Assembly (NCBI GenBank): GCA_039545335.1
Contig: BCIN01000003.1
Coordinates: forward strand, 2,551,060 to 2,615,059
DNA from: Kondoa subrosea
Taxonomy: Eukaryota
Direction of reading: 5' to 3'
DNA: 64,000 nucleotides
Shown one piece after another: positions 24,808 to 38,416 of this stretch. A program made the translations under genes and the position numbers. The number at the start of each line of letters is the position of its first letter. Position 1 is the stretch's first letter. Under the pieces are notes generated by a model. The model saw nothing but the letters and a program-made list of their open reading frames with translations, ran no database searches and was not told the origin of the DNA.

Positions 24808-27800
24808 TTGCCCGTCGCTGCAAGCCAAAGTCCTGCACCGAGCACGTCAACAGCAGAAGCAAAGCGATTCGCGGATTATATCCTTCAACCAAGTACACTT
24901 ACGGAAATTGCTAGCCCTGCTGGGACCGATAATTCCTCACCCTCCAGCTATTCAGATTACATATCTGCCTCCGACAAGTCGTCTTTATCCAGCGCTGGCC
25001 CAACAGAATCTCAAGAAGCGATGCAAAATCAGCAGCGCAAGAACACTCATGCGGCAACATCGGATCTCTCTTCTACTCATGCGCAACAAGGCCAAGGTCC
25101 CTTCACTGTAGATTCTGGAGGTGGTTCCATGCCGCTCAATGGAGCTCTTCCACATCAACAGCCTCATCCAAATGCTGGCTCACAACCATCCGCCTGGCCT
25201 TACTTCCAGCCGGGTGTACCAATGGGCTTCCCACCTAACATGATGGATCCTAGACTGGCCGCCTATAGTGGAAACATACCTATGCCTGGAGTGCAATGGC
25301 CCTTGTATGGAGTTGCACAGATGGGAATGCAACCTACTCCACAGAGCATCAATCAGATGCAAATCTATCAGCAAATGATGGCTATCAGTCAAGCTCAACA
25401 ATACGGGGCTTTTGCTTCGCCTGGCATGTATCCCTTCGGAGCACTTCCTGGTTATCCTATGCCTCAACTTTCACCGCTACCTCAGCAACAGCATCAACAG
25501 CTCGAGAATCATCTTTCTCAAGCTCCTGCATCTGCTGTAAATGCTTCAGCCCCTTCGCAAGTACCCAGAGCTCGTCGAAACAAGACTACTTTGTCAAATC
25601 AAGTATCTTTTGCTCCGCTGCCGAGCAACTCCGCGTCCTCGTCGTCTTCTTCATCGCGTAGAGAATCCACGACTGAAGCGCAGATCGCGTCTCTTTCGCA
25701 TCTTTCTACGGGTTCTGCAGAAGCACTTTTCAGCGGTTCGCAATCTTTCCCTAACCTGATACCGCAGACCAATATACTCGATTCTTGGCAAGACTCTCTG
25801 CATTCCCAGAGCTGGAATCAGCCACAACAGCATTCAACGCATAATTCAGCACATAACAGCACTCATCCTTCTCCTTCCACTTCAGCTGCACCTTCTCGCC
25901 GGAGTTCTGTATCGCATCGGAACAATGGCTCAACAGCAGTCACGCCATCAGATCAATTGCTTGACCCTTTAACAGCAACTAGTGAAGATCTAGTTGCTCA
26001 AATGTGGCAGTTGTGCGGTGGACCAGAACCAATACCTGAAGGATTGACGATGGACAATCTGACTACTCGGCTCAAAGAAGTGCAATTAGCCAATTCGATC
26101 AATTCTTTAGCAAATGGAGCTTCTGCAACTAGCAGCGGTCCGCCGCCACCTGCTTTAGCAAATTCGCCTTCTGTATTGCAGCCTTCAGCAGAACAACAAG
26201 CAAAGGAACAACTTGAAGAGACGGAGACTAGAGGAAGGAAACCGGTCAGGTCTGCTGGTCAGACGCCAGAGGATAGTACTGGATCTGGGTCAACACCTCA
26301 AAGCACACATGAGTACGTCAGCTTGACGTGAAGGTTCGCTTGATCTGATCAGTATTCACAGTACCGGAGCAGAAGATATGGACTGGCGAGCAAAAAGTGT
26401 TAGTCGCTCTAGAAGCCGTTTTGAGCAAATAGCAGATATGGATTGGCGAACTGCATCTCGGTCAAGAAGTCGAGCAAGAAACTCCCATCATCGCTTATCT
26501 TGGCCTGCTTTCGAAGCCAATGAACCTTCTTTCCCTGAGGCATTGCCTGAATTTGATTTCGATGCATTTGGCGAACCAGTATTCAGCTCTCCTTTAGATC
26601 CATCTTCTCAGCCGCAATCATTGGAAGAGATACTACGAGATGGTCTTACGCAATTAGCAGCTCAATCAACTGTACCGCTTGCAACAGATGAGGATGCACC
26701 TTCTACGCGACTGTCGAAACGGTCTTCCTCACGCCACAAAGGTCGATCTGTGGACGACAGTGAGCTGTATGGCCTCAACGATGACTACCTTTCTCGCTCT
26801 GTGGCGAATGATGGTTTCCAATTCTTCAGAACAAACGGATCTGTACCTGGTCTCAAGTCAGAATTAGAACCGAGAGAGAATCATCACAAAGAGTTTGGCT
26901 TCCTTCCCAAGATCGTGCGTAAAACGAGTTTCGATGAAGCTTTCCAACTGGCGTTTGCGAGAAATGCAGAGGAAAGGGATAACTTGTCGAGAGATGAATT
27001 TAAGAAGACTATTCCACCTGCTTTGTTAGCACAGGTATGAGCAGTTCTCGTCAAGCAGAATCACTACTAACGTAGCTCTTGCAGGCTAAGAAAGGCTCGG
27101 CTGTATCGACCAAGACAGTAGATCCACTCAATTTGGTCTACTCTTCCGGTGGAAGTCAGACATCAATTTCAACCAATCCAACATTGGCAGGAAGCTCATC
27201 TGCTACGAGTGCTCTACCCGCCGACAATCCCTACTCGAGCTTACACACGAATGGATCTCCCGTCAGCTCAATATACAGCAGCGTTCCACCTTCCGCCAAT
27301 ATGCTCTACGATCCTTCATTCAACACTATGTTTGGGTCATATACAGGACAGGCGGCTTCTATTGATCCAAATATGCTTTCAAACGGATTCGCCACGCTAC
27401 CCTATCCTACTTTACATCCGCTCATGATGGGCAACCAGCTACCTTCCCCATACATGTTCCAAGCTACTACGCCTGTCGATTCACCTCAATCCTCAGGTCT
27501 TTCAGCCAATTCGCCGACTCTGCCCGAACCGCTCTCAGCTACTTCTACAGTGAGCTTGAGTGAATTGAGTTTCAGCGGAGGTCCTTCACGTACGCCTGTC
27601 AACAAGTCTGCAAGGAAGAGTGTAGGGCATTCTCGGACAGTGTCAATAGACGAGCAAGGTCTTCGAGAGCAGGATCCAGCAAATGCGGAGTTACCTCCCT
27701 CAGCAAGTATCTCCCAGAAGACTGAAAGCAATCCGTCTGGCTCTGTGTGTTACAATTGCTCGACCACGGTACGTTATTTTACTTTCTACTTGGATATGGA

Positions 27801-28078
27801 AACTAAGTACCTACAATATTCAGAATACTCCTCTTTGGCGGCGAGACGAAGAAGGAAGACCACTCTGCAACGGATGCGGTCTGTTCAAGAAGCTGCATGG
27901 CATCAACCGACCTCTTTCGCTTGCGACGGGTATCGTCAAAAAGAGAAACAGGTCAAGAGCGAAAGATAAGAAAGGTGGAAGTGCTTCGGCAGCTCGAGCT
28001 TCGAGGAAAGCAACCGCAGCCGCAGCAAATCAAGCACTTGCCGCGGCGCAAGAAGCAGAAGACGATAAGGAAGATTGA
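24808..28078 (+). CDS. GATA zinc-finger transcription factor, AreA/Gat1-like (5' end uncertain; first in-frame ATG at 25021)
   Basis: [40 protein letters not shown]; degenerate DUF1752-like segment (QMWQLC...MDNLTTRL); two MDWR..SRSRSR motifs; [10 protein letters not shown]. Confidence 0.85.
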
Positions 28079-28228
28079 ATATTTTGGGACTAGAGCATGT
28101 TGTATTATTATAGAGTTGTACATATAATATATGTGATGTAAGCGATGTCATGGATTGGGAATTGTGATGAGGAATGACAATATCTTCGTTCATATGATCA
28201 ATTCATCGTCCGTAGTGTATTCATGCGT

Positions 28229-30112
28229 TCAAATGTGCCAGTTGCTCTCGAGCGATAGTACTCGAGCTGCCGATCTTACTACGTTCACCTGCAAAGGCTT
28301 GACAGGGACTCTGCACACACACACATGAGCGTGCTATTACACCGCGAAGACCTACTTACCTTTCTCCGTCTACCGCCAAATTTTTGTTCTGTGGTGCATT
28401 CCCTGGCGAAAGTTTGAATGCCGAGACCTATTAATTCGTCAGTGTAAGAGTAAATATATGAATGTCTGAAGAATTTACCTTGAAATACTCTACGTGCGGA
28501 CTCTTGATATGTTCGCCTTTATCTGAGCCGTCGAGGCATTGCAACAACGCAGCTTTACCCATCTTCTTCATTATAGCAACGTCTATGAGCCCATCTGATC
28601 CGGCAGCAGGGAATGCCTTCATATCGCTAGCCATATAAGGTAAAGTGCCTGTCGTACAATTCAACCTTAACATCGGGACTATGCTAAACAATATACCTGA
28701 ATAGAACATCGCTATCTCGTTAGCAGGAAACGTAGTCCATTCCTGCTGTTCTGCTTTCGGAGCCGAAGGAGCCTCCCGCTCGCTATTGCTATTCAACCGT
28801 TCTTTCGCTTTGGCCAGAATAACAGCTTTATCTGATTCGACTATTTGCATTGATATTTCGCAAGGATAGAAACGTGATGCCATGACGCCTCTGCTTTCTG
28901 TTGTAAGCAGATGATGAGACGCTTGAGATAGACTCACGCTACATAGCCTAAGGTGAATCTTTTCGCTGAATATCAGTGAAATGCTTATGGAGAGAAGCAA
29001 TCCAACTGACCTAATGGGACCCATCCACTGAGATTCGGCCGAGGAATCAGCTGTATAACCAGCAAAAAATCCAAGAAGACTTACCCTCATGTGATCAGTT
29101 CCAATGTCTGCATCTGCTATGAGACCGAAAGCAACAGACAAGAAGGAGTAGTATATCGAATCGCCTTGAGTGACTCGAGTGAGATCCATTGGCATTGGTC
29201 TGCCTTTCTATGCGGGCTTTCGTTAGCTTCTGTGTGCTCATTGTGAAGAGCCTTACAATGACATGCAGCGCCGCATTTGCAAGAGAGTGAGACTGTTTCG
29301 GACCGGCGATATTCACACAAAGCTGTACACATGGTCATCGCATCAATTAGCTTAAGGTGACTATCTTGCGCGAGACAAACTCACTGCGTTCCCTGAACCG
29401 CAAGGAAACAAACCGAGAGGAATCTTCAGGGCTTCTTCAGCATCATCTCGTAGTGCTAGACCATTTATGATTTCATGAGCCAATCCATCACCGGAAACAA
29501 TCACAATTGCTATTATTATTATGATCTAGAATCAATCTCCAAGATTACGTACGCAAAAAGCAGATACTCACAGTCAAAGTCTTTCAACGATAGGTCTTTC
29601 GCTATTTCTTTTGCATGTCCAGCATACTTGGTTTCCTCAAAATCAACAGTACACCCCGCGCTTGCCAAAACAGGTCTGATTCGAGTAGTCCACATCTCTT
29701 TGCCTTTGCCTTTCCCGCTCTTTGGGTTCAGCAGGACTTTGAGTTTCCTATATGGTTTTACAGAGCCGTACGCTTCAGACATCAGTTGTCTGATCCATTG
29801 GCTCGCTTCTTCGACTTGGGAAGAAGAGACAGTAGCTTCTATGAATGGTAGACGATGCGAGCCAGTCCCCAGTATTCGAATAACGAGCCGAAAAGAAGTG
29901 TTATCGAAAGTCGCATTCAGAACCGACCGCAAAGAGCACGAAAAAGCAGAAGGTTGTGAGAAGAAGGAGAAAGAGCTCGGTCGCGAAGTAATGAAGTGCA
30001 GCCTTTCCTTAGCTATCGATAGCTGTCCGGTGCTACCATTTGCCAAGGTGACAGACAGTTCTTGTGGAATTGAGGAATCCGTCGCGTAATGACTTGTAGA
30101 TGCTACAGCCAT
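28229..30112 (-). CDS. Sphingoid long-chain base kinase (Lcb4/Lcb5-like, DAGK catalytic family)
   Basis: [72 protein letters not shown]. Confidence 0.9.
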
Positions 30113-30644
30113 GTGTATCAAAGTCTCTGGTATCGCTTTGGCAGGTATAACAGCTCGCAGCAGCTTGGTCTCAGGTCAAGTGAATCTCGCTTTTCCTGTT
30201 CCGCGATGGCGCATTGGTCTTGCTTCCTCTCCCGCGTCCGAGGGCTTCTTCGCAGCGTCTCGAATTGCTTGCAGCATGAAGGCAATCATGCAAATTGGAG
30301 TTACCTCAATTTCGCTCTGCTTAATACCGTGACACAATTCTATATTTGCTTCCTGTTTATCTGTTGTGATCGCATTGCATGAGCGTCATATGCACGTGAA
30401 GCACAATTCTTATTCCTCCCTGTTGCCATCTGTGAGCGAACATGGAGTCGAACATGACGAATGGCCAAACATCTTACATTCGAAGGCTCAAGAAGGCATT
30501 TGCAACCCGGCAGCTTGGCGACTGCTATGCACAGCGAAAAGAAAATGATGTGCTCGTTCTCTTGAATAATCACTCGATTGGATTCCAAAGGTGTTCAACG
30601 GCGAATCTCTCACTCTCATTCCATAAGTCATCCTCGACGGAAAG

Positions 30645-31829
30645 ATGGATCATTCACAGCGGCAAATCCCGACAAGACGGAACCAAGCTTACGAGCAATC
30701 TGATGGATTGGCCTTAGCCAACGCTCGCGAATTCTTTGGCGAATCTACTGGCCCTGAAACTTACCCTCAAGCAACACCAGGCCAAGCCAGTCAATATCCT
30801 GCTCAAAATCCCGCTAATTCAAGTCTTGGTATGGGTTCAGGCTATAATCAGGTCCAAGGACAGATGGGCGAAAGAGGTTTGGGTCAGTCTCAAACATTGC
30901 CGAGATGAAAATCCCCGCTGAAGCATATCCAGGAGGAGAATCTGCTTATCAATCTGGGCCTCAACCTATTCCAGGTCAGGCAAGTCAATATTATGCGCAA
31001 CATCCTGCAAATCAAAGTCTTGGTCTTGGGTCTCGTGACGATCAGCCTATACAATAGTCAGCTTTGACTTGATTATATCGTCATTGATGATAGAACTAAA
31101 TTTACTGTACAGCGGTGGTGCGCAAGAACTCAATCAAATTTCTCAGCGATCGGGCAATGCGAGCGATTCACAGAACGGACAAAATGGCGAAAGAGGTTTC
31201 GGTAAGTCCTATAATTGTGTCAGTTGTAGTATCCAACGCACTTTGTGATAGCTGGAGCCGCTCTCGGGACTGCAGGAGGTGCTTTCGGCGGTCATGAAGT
31301 CGGTCACGGTGTTTTGGGAGCGATGGCAGGTGCTTTCTTGTTAGTGGGACTCAACAGCTGTATGATGATTTGCTGATGCTTGTCTGACTGTACAGCGGTT
31401 CACAAGCCGAAGATGAGGTAACTATACGTTTGAACCTGGCGGAACACAGCTACTGAACAAAACTTACTAGATAAAGAAACACCATGAGGAGAAAGAGGCT
31501 AGGGAGCGTGCTGATCGCGAGCATCAATTGGCACAGCAACAGCATCAATACAATCCGCAACAATACGCTCCAAACCAATATCAGCAGCAGCAATATAACC
31601 AAAGTCCGATGTATGGAGAAGACCAGAAAAATCTTGGTTCACCGCAGATCGGTCAGCAGTCCAGTGAAATCAAGCAACACAATCAAGAGGCCGATTGGGA
31701 TCACAAAAAACACCATACTGGCGCGTTGGCTACACTAGGCATGGTTCTGGGCGGCCACAAGCCATCAGGTTCGTAGATTGCTGGCGATAGGACTGTTTAA
31801 TTCATCTTACGACAGGCGGCGGATATTGA
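30645..31829 (+). CDS. Gln/Gly/Pro-rich protein with glycine-zipper motif and internal repeat
   Basis: GERG motifs, GAALGTAGGAFGGHEVGHGVLGAMA-GSQAED glycine zipper, Q/N/Y-rich stretch; multiple short introns. Confidence 0.7.
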
Positions 31830-32030
31830 GGTACACTTTCGGATTCGGCCCGCCTACATAGTGAGGGGACAGACCTAGGTCCGTTGTAGCTGCGCTATCG
31901 GCAACAGTCAATGTTTTGCAGGATGTGATGATCCCTGCGTCCAGACCCGCGTTGCCGTTCCAGATTGCCAGAGACAAATCACGTTTTGGACGTAACCTTA
32001 TTTTCTTGACCTACACCCAATCCTCGCTAG

Positions 32031-33847
32031 ATGGCTGCGGCCGCAAGCTACTGGCCGGATGAACAGGTGTATCACTATTCCTCTCACTACAATCAAGGCA
32101 CATCTAAACTTCGGACTTGTTGATTTTTTTTTGGCTCATGCATGAATATGTAGATCAATATGGCGGATATGGAGACGATTCGGCTACTACATCTGGTCCA
32201 TATCAGTCCTCACTAATGGTTGCCCCAGCTCCTACGGCTTACCTAGGCTGGCATGATTCACCCAATGAAACATATGCAGAACCGCAAAGTAAAGATTTGT
32301 ATCGGTCTACGACTCTCTATGAGTCACCGCGCTTGCCGACGTCTCTTCCTACTTGGTCAGATGGCTATCCGGCCTATAGCTCATGCGGTTCAGCGGAACT
32401 TGCAGCAAGTACGGTCTATTGTCGAGCCGAATCAGAAGAGCCTTGGATACCTGTCGCGTCTACGTCTCAGCAACTCTATTACGATGAACCGCTGTATCAA
32501 GATTACGAGGAAATGCCAGCAATAGCTCATTCGGGTACATCAGCTTTCGATCATCTTTCACCGCTTGATCAACTTTCCCTGGATCCTTCACCGCGTCAAT
32601 CCCCACTTTCTGTACCGCTCCCTGATAGTCCGGCAGTGTACACATCAACCTCACCTTTTATACAGAAGCAAACGGTTGAAATACCGGCTCAGCATAGAAA
32701 CGAACCAGCACCAGCAATGCATCGCCGTGGTGCTTTGTCTCTATCCTTAGATGGGCTAGATCTCTTACCTCCCTTTCCTGAATCATTTCCTCCTGCAGCC
32801 AGCACTAAGGAGTATACTTTGTCTCCATTAACGAAACCCCCAACGACGCATTTCAATTACTCTACTTCATCCGAACCCTCTGCAGCCACCTCTACTTCAC
32901 AAGCCGCCCTAGCAAAGAGTATACCTGCCACGACTGCGCTCAAGAAATCAACGTTGGGTACATCGACGACCAGAAAACAAAGGCAATCGGTCAAGAAAGC
33001 GAATAGTCCGGAGAAGGCCAACAAGTGCGATCAATGTGATCAATCGTTTAATAGGAATCATGATCTCAAACGTCATCAGGTGAGCATACACTTTCTTGGA
33101 GGGAAGTTCGAAAGCTGATTGTACAATCCGCAGCGCATACACTTAGCTGTAAAACCTTATCCTTGTGGATGGTGCGAAAAACAATTCTCAAGGAAAGATG
33201 CATTGAAACGGCATTTGCTCAACAGTCCTTGTGGTAGAATGCCCGGTCAAAGGAGAGAGAATTCGGAAAATGGGATCTCAGATTCACCTTTGGCTGTAAC
33301 GTTTCATGAACAGCAAAGAGCAATTGGCGAAGAGACAGAACCACGAGTCAGGAAGCGAAAACGACTACCTACCACAGATGAAAATGCGGAAGCGAATTTG
33401 CAAACCTCAACTGCTTCCCCTTTTTCGACCGCAATCAATTCACCTCAATTATCAACCTCTACTTTGCACGAACCAATTCCTTATCCTTCTTACTCCATGT
33501 CTTCTGCACTTCAACAACAGCAAGAACAACAACCAGCTTTCCTTACTTCTCCGACCAATTCTTCTGAATCAATGAACTCGTTATCGACATTGCAATCTTC
33601 TGCGACATCATTATCTATTCATTCACCTTACTCAGCTACGACCAATTGGTCCTCCTCCAATCAGCAACAGCAACTCACTCCAGCTAGTCCCGCTCTCGCA
33701 CCAGTACCTTTCAGTTGTCCGGAGTATCTCCTCAGCTCGCATGTAGGTAGGGATTCAATGGACGGCTTCACTCCTCACCATCATCCTTCTCTGCATCAAC
33801 AACATATGTACGAGTATGAAGATTACGAAGGGGACTATTTCGCTTGA
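32031..33847 (+). CDS. C2H2 zinc-finger transcription factor (two fingers)
   Basis: CDQCDQSFNRNHDLKRHQ-RIHLAVKPYPCGWCEKQFSRKDALKRH; S/P/Q-rich flanks. Confidence 0.88.
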
Positions 33848-34358
33848 AACCCTGCAAGATGGTGATTGGTGTTTCATGGCCTGTTGTTTCTCCTCTCTTC
33901 ACTTTGGGTATTATGATCTATCGCCCGTTTTTTTTTTTCTATGTATGAATTCTGTTTAGTAATGGGCTATCTGGGTTAGCGGTGATAGGGGAGAGCAGGA
34001 ACAGATAGAGATCTCCTTGATGGGATTGTAATATATGCAGCAGCAGTAGCAGTTCTCTCTAGCACTTTGTAAATTAAGCTGATTATAATAGACACATGTT
34101 TTTCTCGTGCTTCTCCCGGCCTTCGACTAAAGTAACCCATTCCTTTGCGCAATGATTCAGACTGACATTGTTCCGATTGATATGACTGCCGGATGATGTA
34201 CTGCTGTCTTGACTGACTGTGCCACCATACATGCGATATCAAATCAGCTCGACATTGAACTCTGTTATCGTTGTATGCACCTTGCATGCTGGTTACACTG
34301 TACGTTAGACCAAAGAAGATCAGCTTCAAGCTGGAATTGCTCATGGCCTAGCGTACCA

Positions 34359-35141
34359 TCAAGGTTTACTCCTGTCCTTTCTTGGTCTACCAGGTCCCGG
34401 TTTGCCCGTCTTCAACCTTCTCGCAGCCGCAGCAGCTCTTTTCGCAGCTACTTCATCTTTATTCCTAGGTGGTTTACTTGGACCTCCTCCGGTAGCCGTA
34501 GCAGGTGTTTGACCACCACCAGTAGCTCCATCTTCTTCCGCTTCTTTTGAAAACTTGCCATAAGACACTTTCCCAATTTCCCTCATTTTCTTCACTTCCG
34601 CTTGAGCTCGAACTAATTCATCCGCTCGGGATAATTGTTTGGAAGTTTGTCTATGTCTTAGTGCGAACCGAACGTCTTCCAATTTCATTTTGCGTTTGTT
34701 TGAAGAAACTTTATGAGCTGCTGATGCCTGATCTCAAACGTTCAGTCTTGTAGAAAGTGGAATAGAGGGGAAGGGAAAACAAACGATTTCTGCTATGTAA
34801 TCTACTAGGAGCTCTTCCATTAGATCAATCGTTTCTTTGTTAGGTGTAGCAGCATCTCCAAATCCATACATCATAGGAGCGACTGTCCATTGGTTTACGA
34901 GAATATCAGCTTCATGCTGATAATCCGAAATATCAGACGGACGTTCTTTAGCGAACAAACCCTTCTTAGATAAGGGCGCTCTAGTTCGTTTAGCTGTATT
35001 TGTAGTGCCAGCTTGATTCGTTTGACCAGGTTGTTGAGCTTGACCTCCAGCTAGAGACGTAGATGCTTGTGGTAGAGGAATAGGACGATTCAAAGTCGGT
35101 GCTACTGGACCTTGTGTAGGACGAGAGCCTGGGAATTGCAT
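34359..35141 (-). CDS. TAF13: TFIID subunit 13
   Basis: GLFAKE-APMMYGFGD, ETIDLMEELLVDYIAE, KLEDVRFALR, RADELVR histone-fold signature. Confidence 0.88.
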
Positions 35142-35329
35142 GGCCTTTCAATCAAACAGACAAAACAGATAGTCGGATGAAGGGGGATTACGCCAACAGC
35201 AGGCGATAGATACAGGTCTAGATAGAGAACACAGGCAGATCTCACACAACGGACACGAGACACTGAGTGGCAGAATGAGGTCAAGGGTGTTCAGAAATTG
35301 GCAGTTGCGTGGTCCATCACAAAACAGCC

Positions 35330-36949
35330 ATGGACATCTTAGGCGTAACAGTGCGTCCCTCTATCAGCCTCACATCGCGCTTACTGACCTCTTGGAGCAG
35401 GACACAGCTCCAGAGACGGCGACAGCTGACCTTCTGGCGACTGCTGAAGCAGAGGTGACTTCTCGCCTTATACACTGCCAGACGTGGCTGATGAGAGTCT
35501 GCTAGGCTCCTGAGGATCTGTTTACAAGGCTGAAAGTGCTGCAGCGGCACTCTGAGTTCCGTAAGTCATGTCTTGTCCCCAAGCTCATTTGAAAGCTAAA
35601 CCTCGTCTTTGGTTATTAGTCGACATTCAGACGGACTACATCAAAGACGAGCAACGTAACCTGAAATCTCAACTTATCCGAGCTCAAGAAGAAGTCAAAC
35701 GCATTCAATCCGTTCCTTTGGTTATTGGACAATTCTTGGAACCAATAGATCAACACACTGGAATTGTTGGATCAACTACTGGATCGAATTATGTTGTTCG
35801 AATACTTTCAACTATCGACAGAGAACTCTTGAAACCTTCTTCTTCAGTTGCTTTACATCGACATTCAAACGCATTAGTCGATGTTCTTCCACCTGAAGCT
35901 GATTCTTCCATTTCAATGTTATCAGCAGATGAGAAACCAGATGTAGCTTATTCAGATGTTGGTGGTCTTGATGCTCAAAAACAAGAAATCAGAGAAGCAG
36001 TAGAATTACCTTTAACTCAATTCGATCTCTACAAACAAATTGGTATTGATCCACCTAGAGGTGTTTTATTGTATGGACCACCAGGAACGGGTAAAACTAT
36101 GTTGGTCAAAGCGGTAGCTCATCACACAACAGCCAATTTCATCAGAGTCGTCGGATCGGAATTCGTTCAGAAATATTTGGGTGAAGGTCCAAGAATGGTC
36201 AGGGATGTGTTTCGATTAGCAAGAGAGAACGCTCCTGCTATTATCTTTATTGATGAAGTGGATGCTATTGCAACAAAGAGATTCGATGCCCAAACGGGAG
36301 CCGATAGGGAAGTGCAAAGAATTCTGCTAGAGTTGTTGAATCAAATGGATGGGTTCGATCAATCAGCTAATGTCAAGGTATGTCTTTTAGCCTTTCTTAC
36401 TCTTGATCGCAAGCTGACATGCGGCTAGGTCATTATGGCTACTAATCGAGCGGATACTTTGGATCCAGCTTTACTTCGACCAGGAAGATTAGATAGAAAG
36501 ATCGAATTCCCTTTACCATCAAGAAGAGAGAAACGATTGATCTTCCAGACTGTGACGGGAAAGATGAACTTGTCTGCCGATGTGGATTTAGAAGATTGTT
36601 CGTTGTTTTTGTCTACAGCTGTTTGTGAACAAGCTGAGGCACACATCGGCTGAACAGACGTCCAGAGACCGGACAAGATGTCTTCTGCTGAAATCACTTC
36701 AATCTGTCAAGCGGCTGGTCTGCAAGCAGTCAGGAAAAATAGGTGCGCAGTCTTGGAGCCAAGCAATTCAATGCTTAGTTGATCCGTCTCGTTGCGCACA
36801 GATATATTGTCCTGCCTTCTGATTTCGAGGAAGCTTACAAACAGACAGTCAAGAAAGACGATTCACGAATGGATTTCTGTGCGTGCTTTCGGTGTAGCGA
36901 CTTCATATGCATGTGTTGACTTGATTTCTTTCCTCTTACAGACAAGTGA
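35330..36949 (+). CDS. RPT3: 26S proteasome regulatory AAA ATPase subunit 6B
   Basis: [85 protein letters not shown]. Confidence 0.97.
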
Positions 36950-37192
36950 TCGAAGCGAATTCAAACGTAGCAAAGGGTTCTACGACCAACAAAGCATGCA
37001 TTGTATCATACACAGAACTCTTCCTTTGACTTTACGAATAAGTTGATGTTGACCCAAATCCGCGAACCTGCCATGATCGCGAACAGAGCTTGCTAAGATA
37101 TCCTCTCGCTCAAGCGGTCATACCTTTCAAGTCGTACTACTACTCTGTTGTATCCTTCCCGCGCCCTTCGCCCTCCTACCTAATTGCCAAAA

Positions 37193-37985
37193 ATGCAGAG
37201 TGAGCTCACTACATCTCCTGTTTTGGTTTGGTTTCTCATAATCCACCCTATTTGTAGCTGGGATACTTGCACTGATCATCATCTTATCTATTGCTCTTTT
37301 CTTCTGTCTAGCAGCTGTCCTCGTCTTCCGCCTACGTTCTCGTTCACGACGACTGAAACCTTCAGTTACTCGAGCAAGAATAGGTCGACTACAACAACCA
37401 CCTACAATGGATGATCCGTATGGCAATTCTAATAATCAAAGAGATTGGGAAGAAGGCAGTAGCTTAAGTGGAGATGAAGAGGAATTGACTGCGGTTGATG
37501 AGTTTGGGAACAATACTACTAGTGTGGGTAAAGGAAAGAAGAGAAGTAGGTTGGTAGAACAGTACTCTGATACTATTGGGACTACGAACAAAGATGGGAC
37601 GAGAAGCTTCTTAAATGGCTGGTTAGTGTTTCGCTTGATTCGTGGTTATTGATTATAGCTGATGAATATACTCAGGTTTGGACTAGATACTGTATGTCCC
37701 ACGTGCGAGAGACGAAGCCGTTTACTGAACAGATTGTCAGGCAACGACAAGCTCGCGAGAAACAAGTCGACAATCGAGATTAGCGAGAGAACAAGCAGTA
37801 GCCAATTCTTTACCTAGACCAAAGAATCAGATACCTGGCAGAAGGCTGTCTGTTTCCAGTGAAGAAGGGAGCGTGCGGTCGGAAAATGAATTGGGTCGGT
37901 CACATTCCCTTCAGGTGGTCAGCCTACTGATATTCGACGTACAGGGGAGAATGAGGAAGAAGAATTCGATCGGTTGGCGGCATGA
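37193..37985 (+). CDS. Small single-pass membrane protein of unknown function
   Basis: Reconstructed MQ-TGILALIILSIALFFCLAAVLVFRLRSRSRR signal anchor in frame with ORF 37407; four GT-AG introns give a continuous frame to TGA 37983-37985. Confidence 0.65.
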
Positions 37986-38416
37986 TGGAAAGCACAAATC
38001 AACTAACTCTTATAATACTTTTGAACCCATTAAGCACTCATTCTGTTCTGAATCCTTGCATTTATATACTGTCGTTTGGGCCTAGGGCCTGCTTCAGTCT
38101 TACGTGACTGCTACTGACCTGACTGTACCTTCGAACATTTTTATCTCTGCGATTCACTCTGTACATTCTGGCTCCGTTGATGCTACAGTTTCCTTCTTGC
38201 TTCAAAACCCTGTGCCGGCAACTGCGCTATCTTTCCTGAGCTAGCATGATATTTTGAAGCTGCCCTCGCGCTGTAACGGCAGGCTTGTCATCGGACGTGG
38301 TGCTGAAGTTGCTGATGCTGGCACCATCAAATATATAGGCAAACAGTTTCAGAAAGTACACAGGCACATATGCATTGCTCGAAAAACTGCTAGAATACTA
38401 TAATGGTGGAATTCTA

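Noticed and set aside
28164..28230. GTGATGA box-C-like motif suggesting a C/D snoRNA (another near 31925)
   Set aside because: No properly placed CTGA box D or terminal stem found
29475..30089. 204-aa plus-strand ORF (also similar ones at 9158-9661 and 50753-51301)
   Set aside because: Antisense shadows of well-supported minus-strand exons; no motifs of their own
30111..30640. Several short GTG/ATG ORFs between the sphingosine kinase and the glycine-zipper gene
   Set aside because: No motifs or consistent splice model; most likely divergent promoter/UTR sequence
35264..35305. PACE/Rpn4-like GTGGCA upstream of RPT3
   Set aside because: Only a partial match to GGTGGCAAA; too short to support
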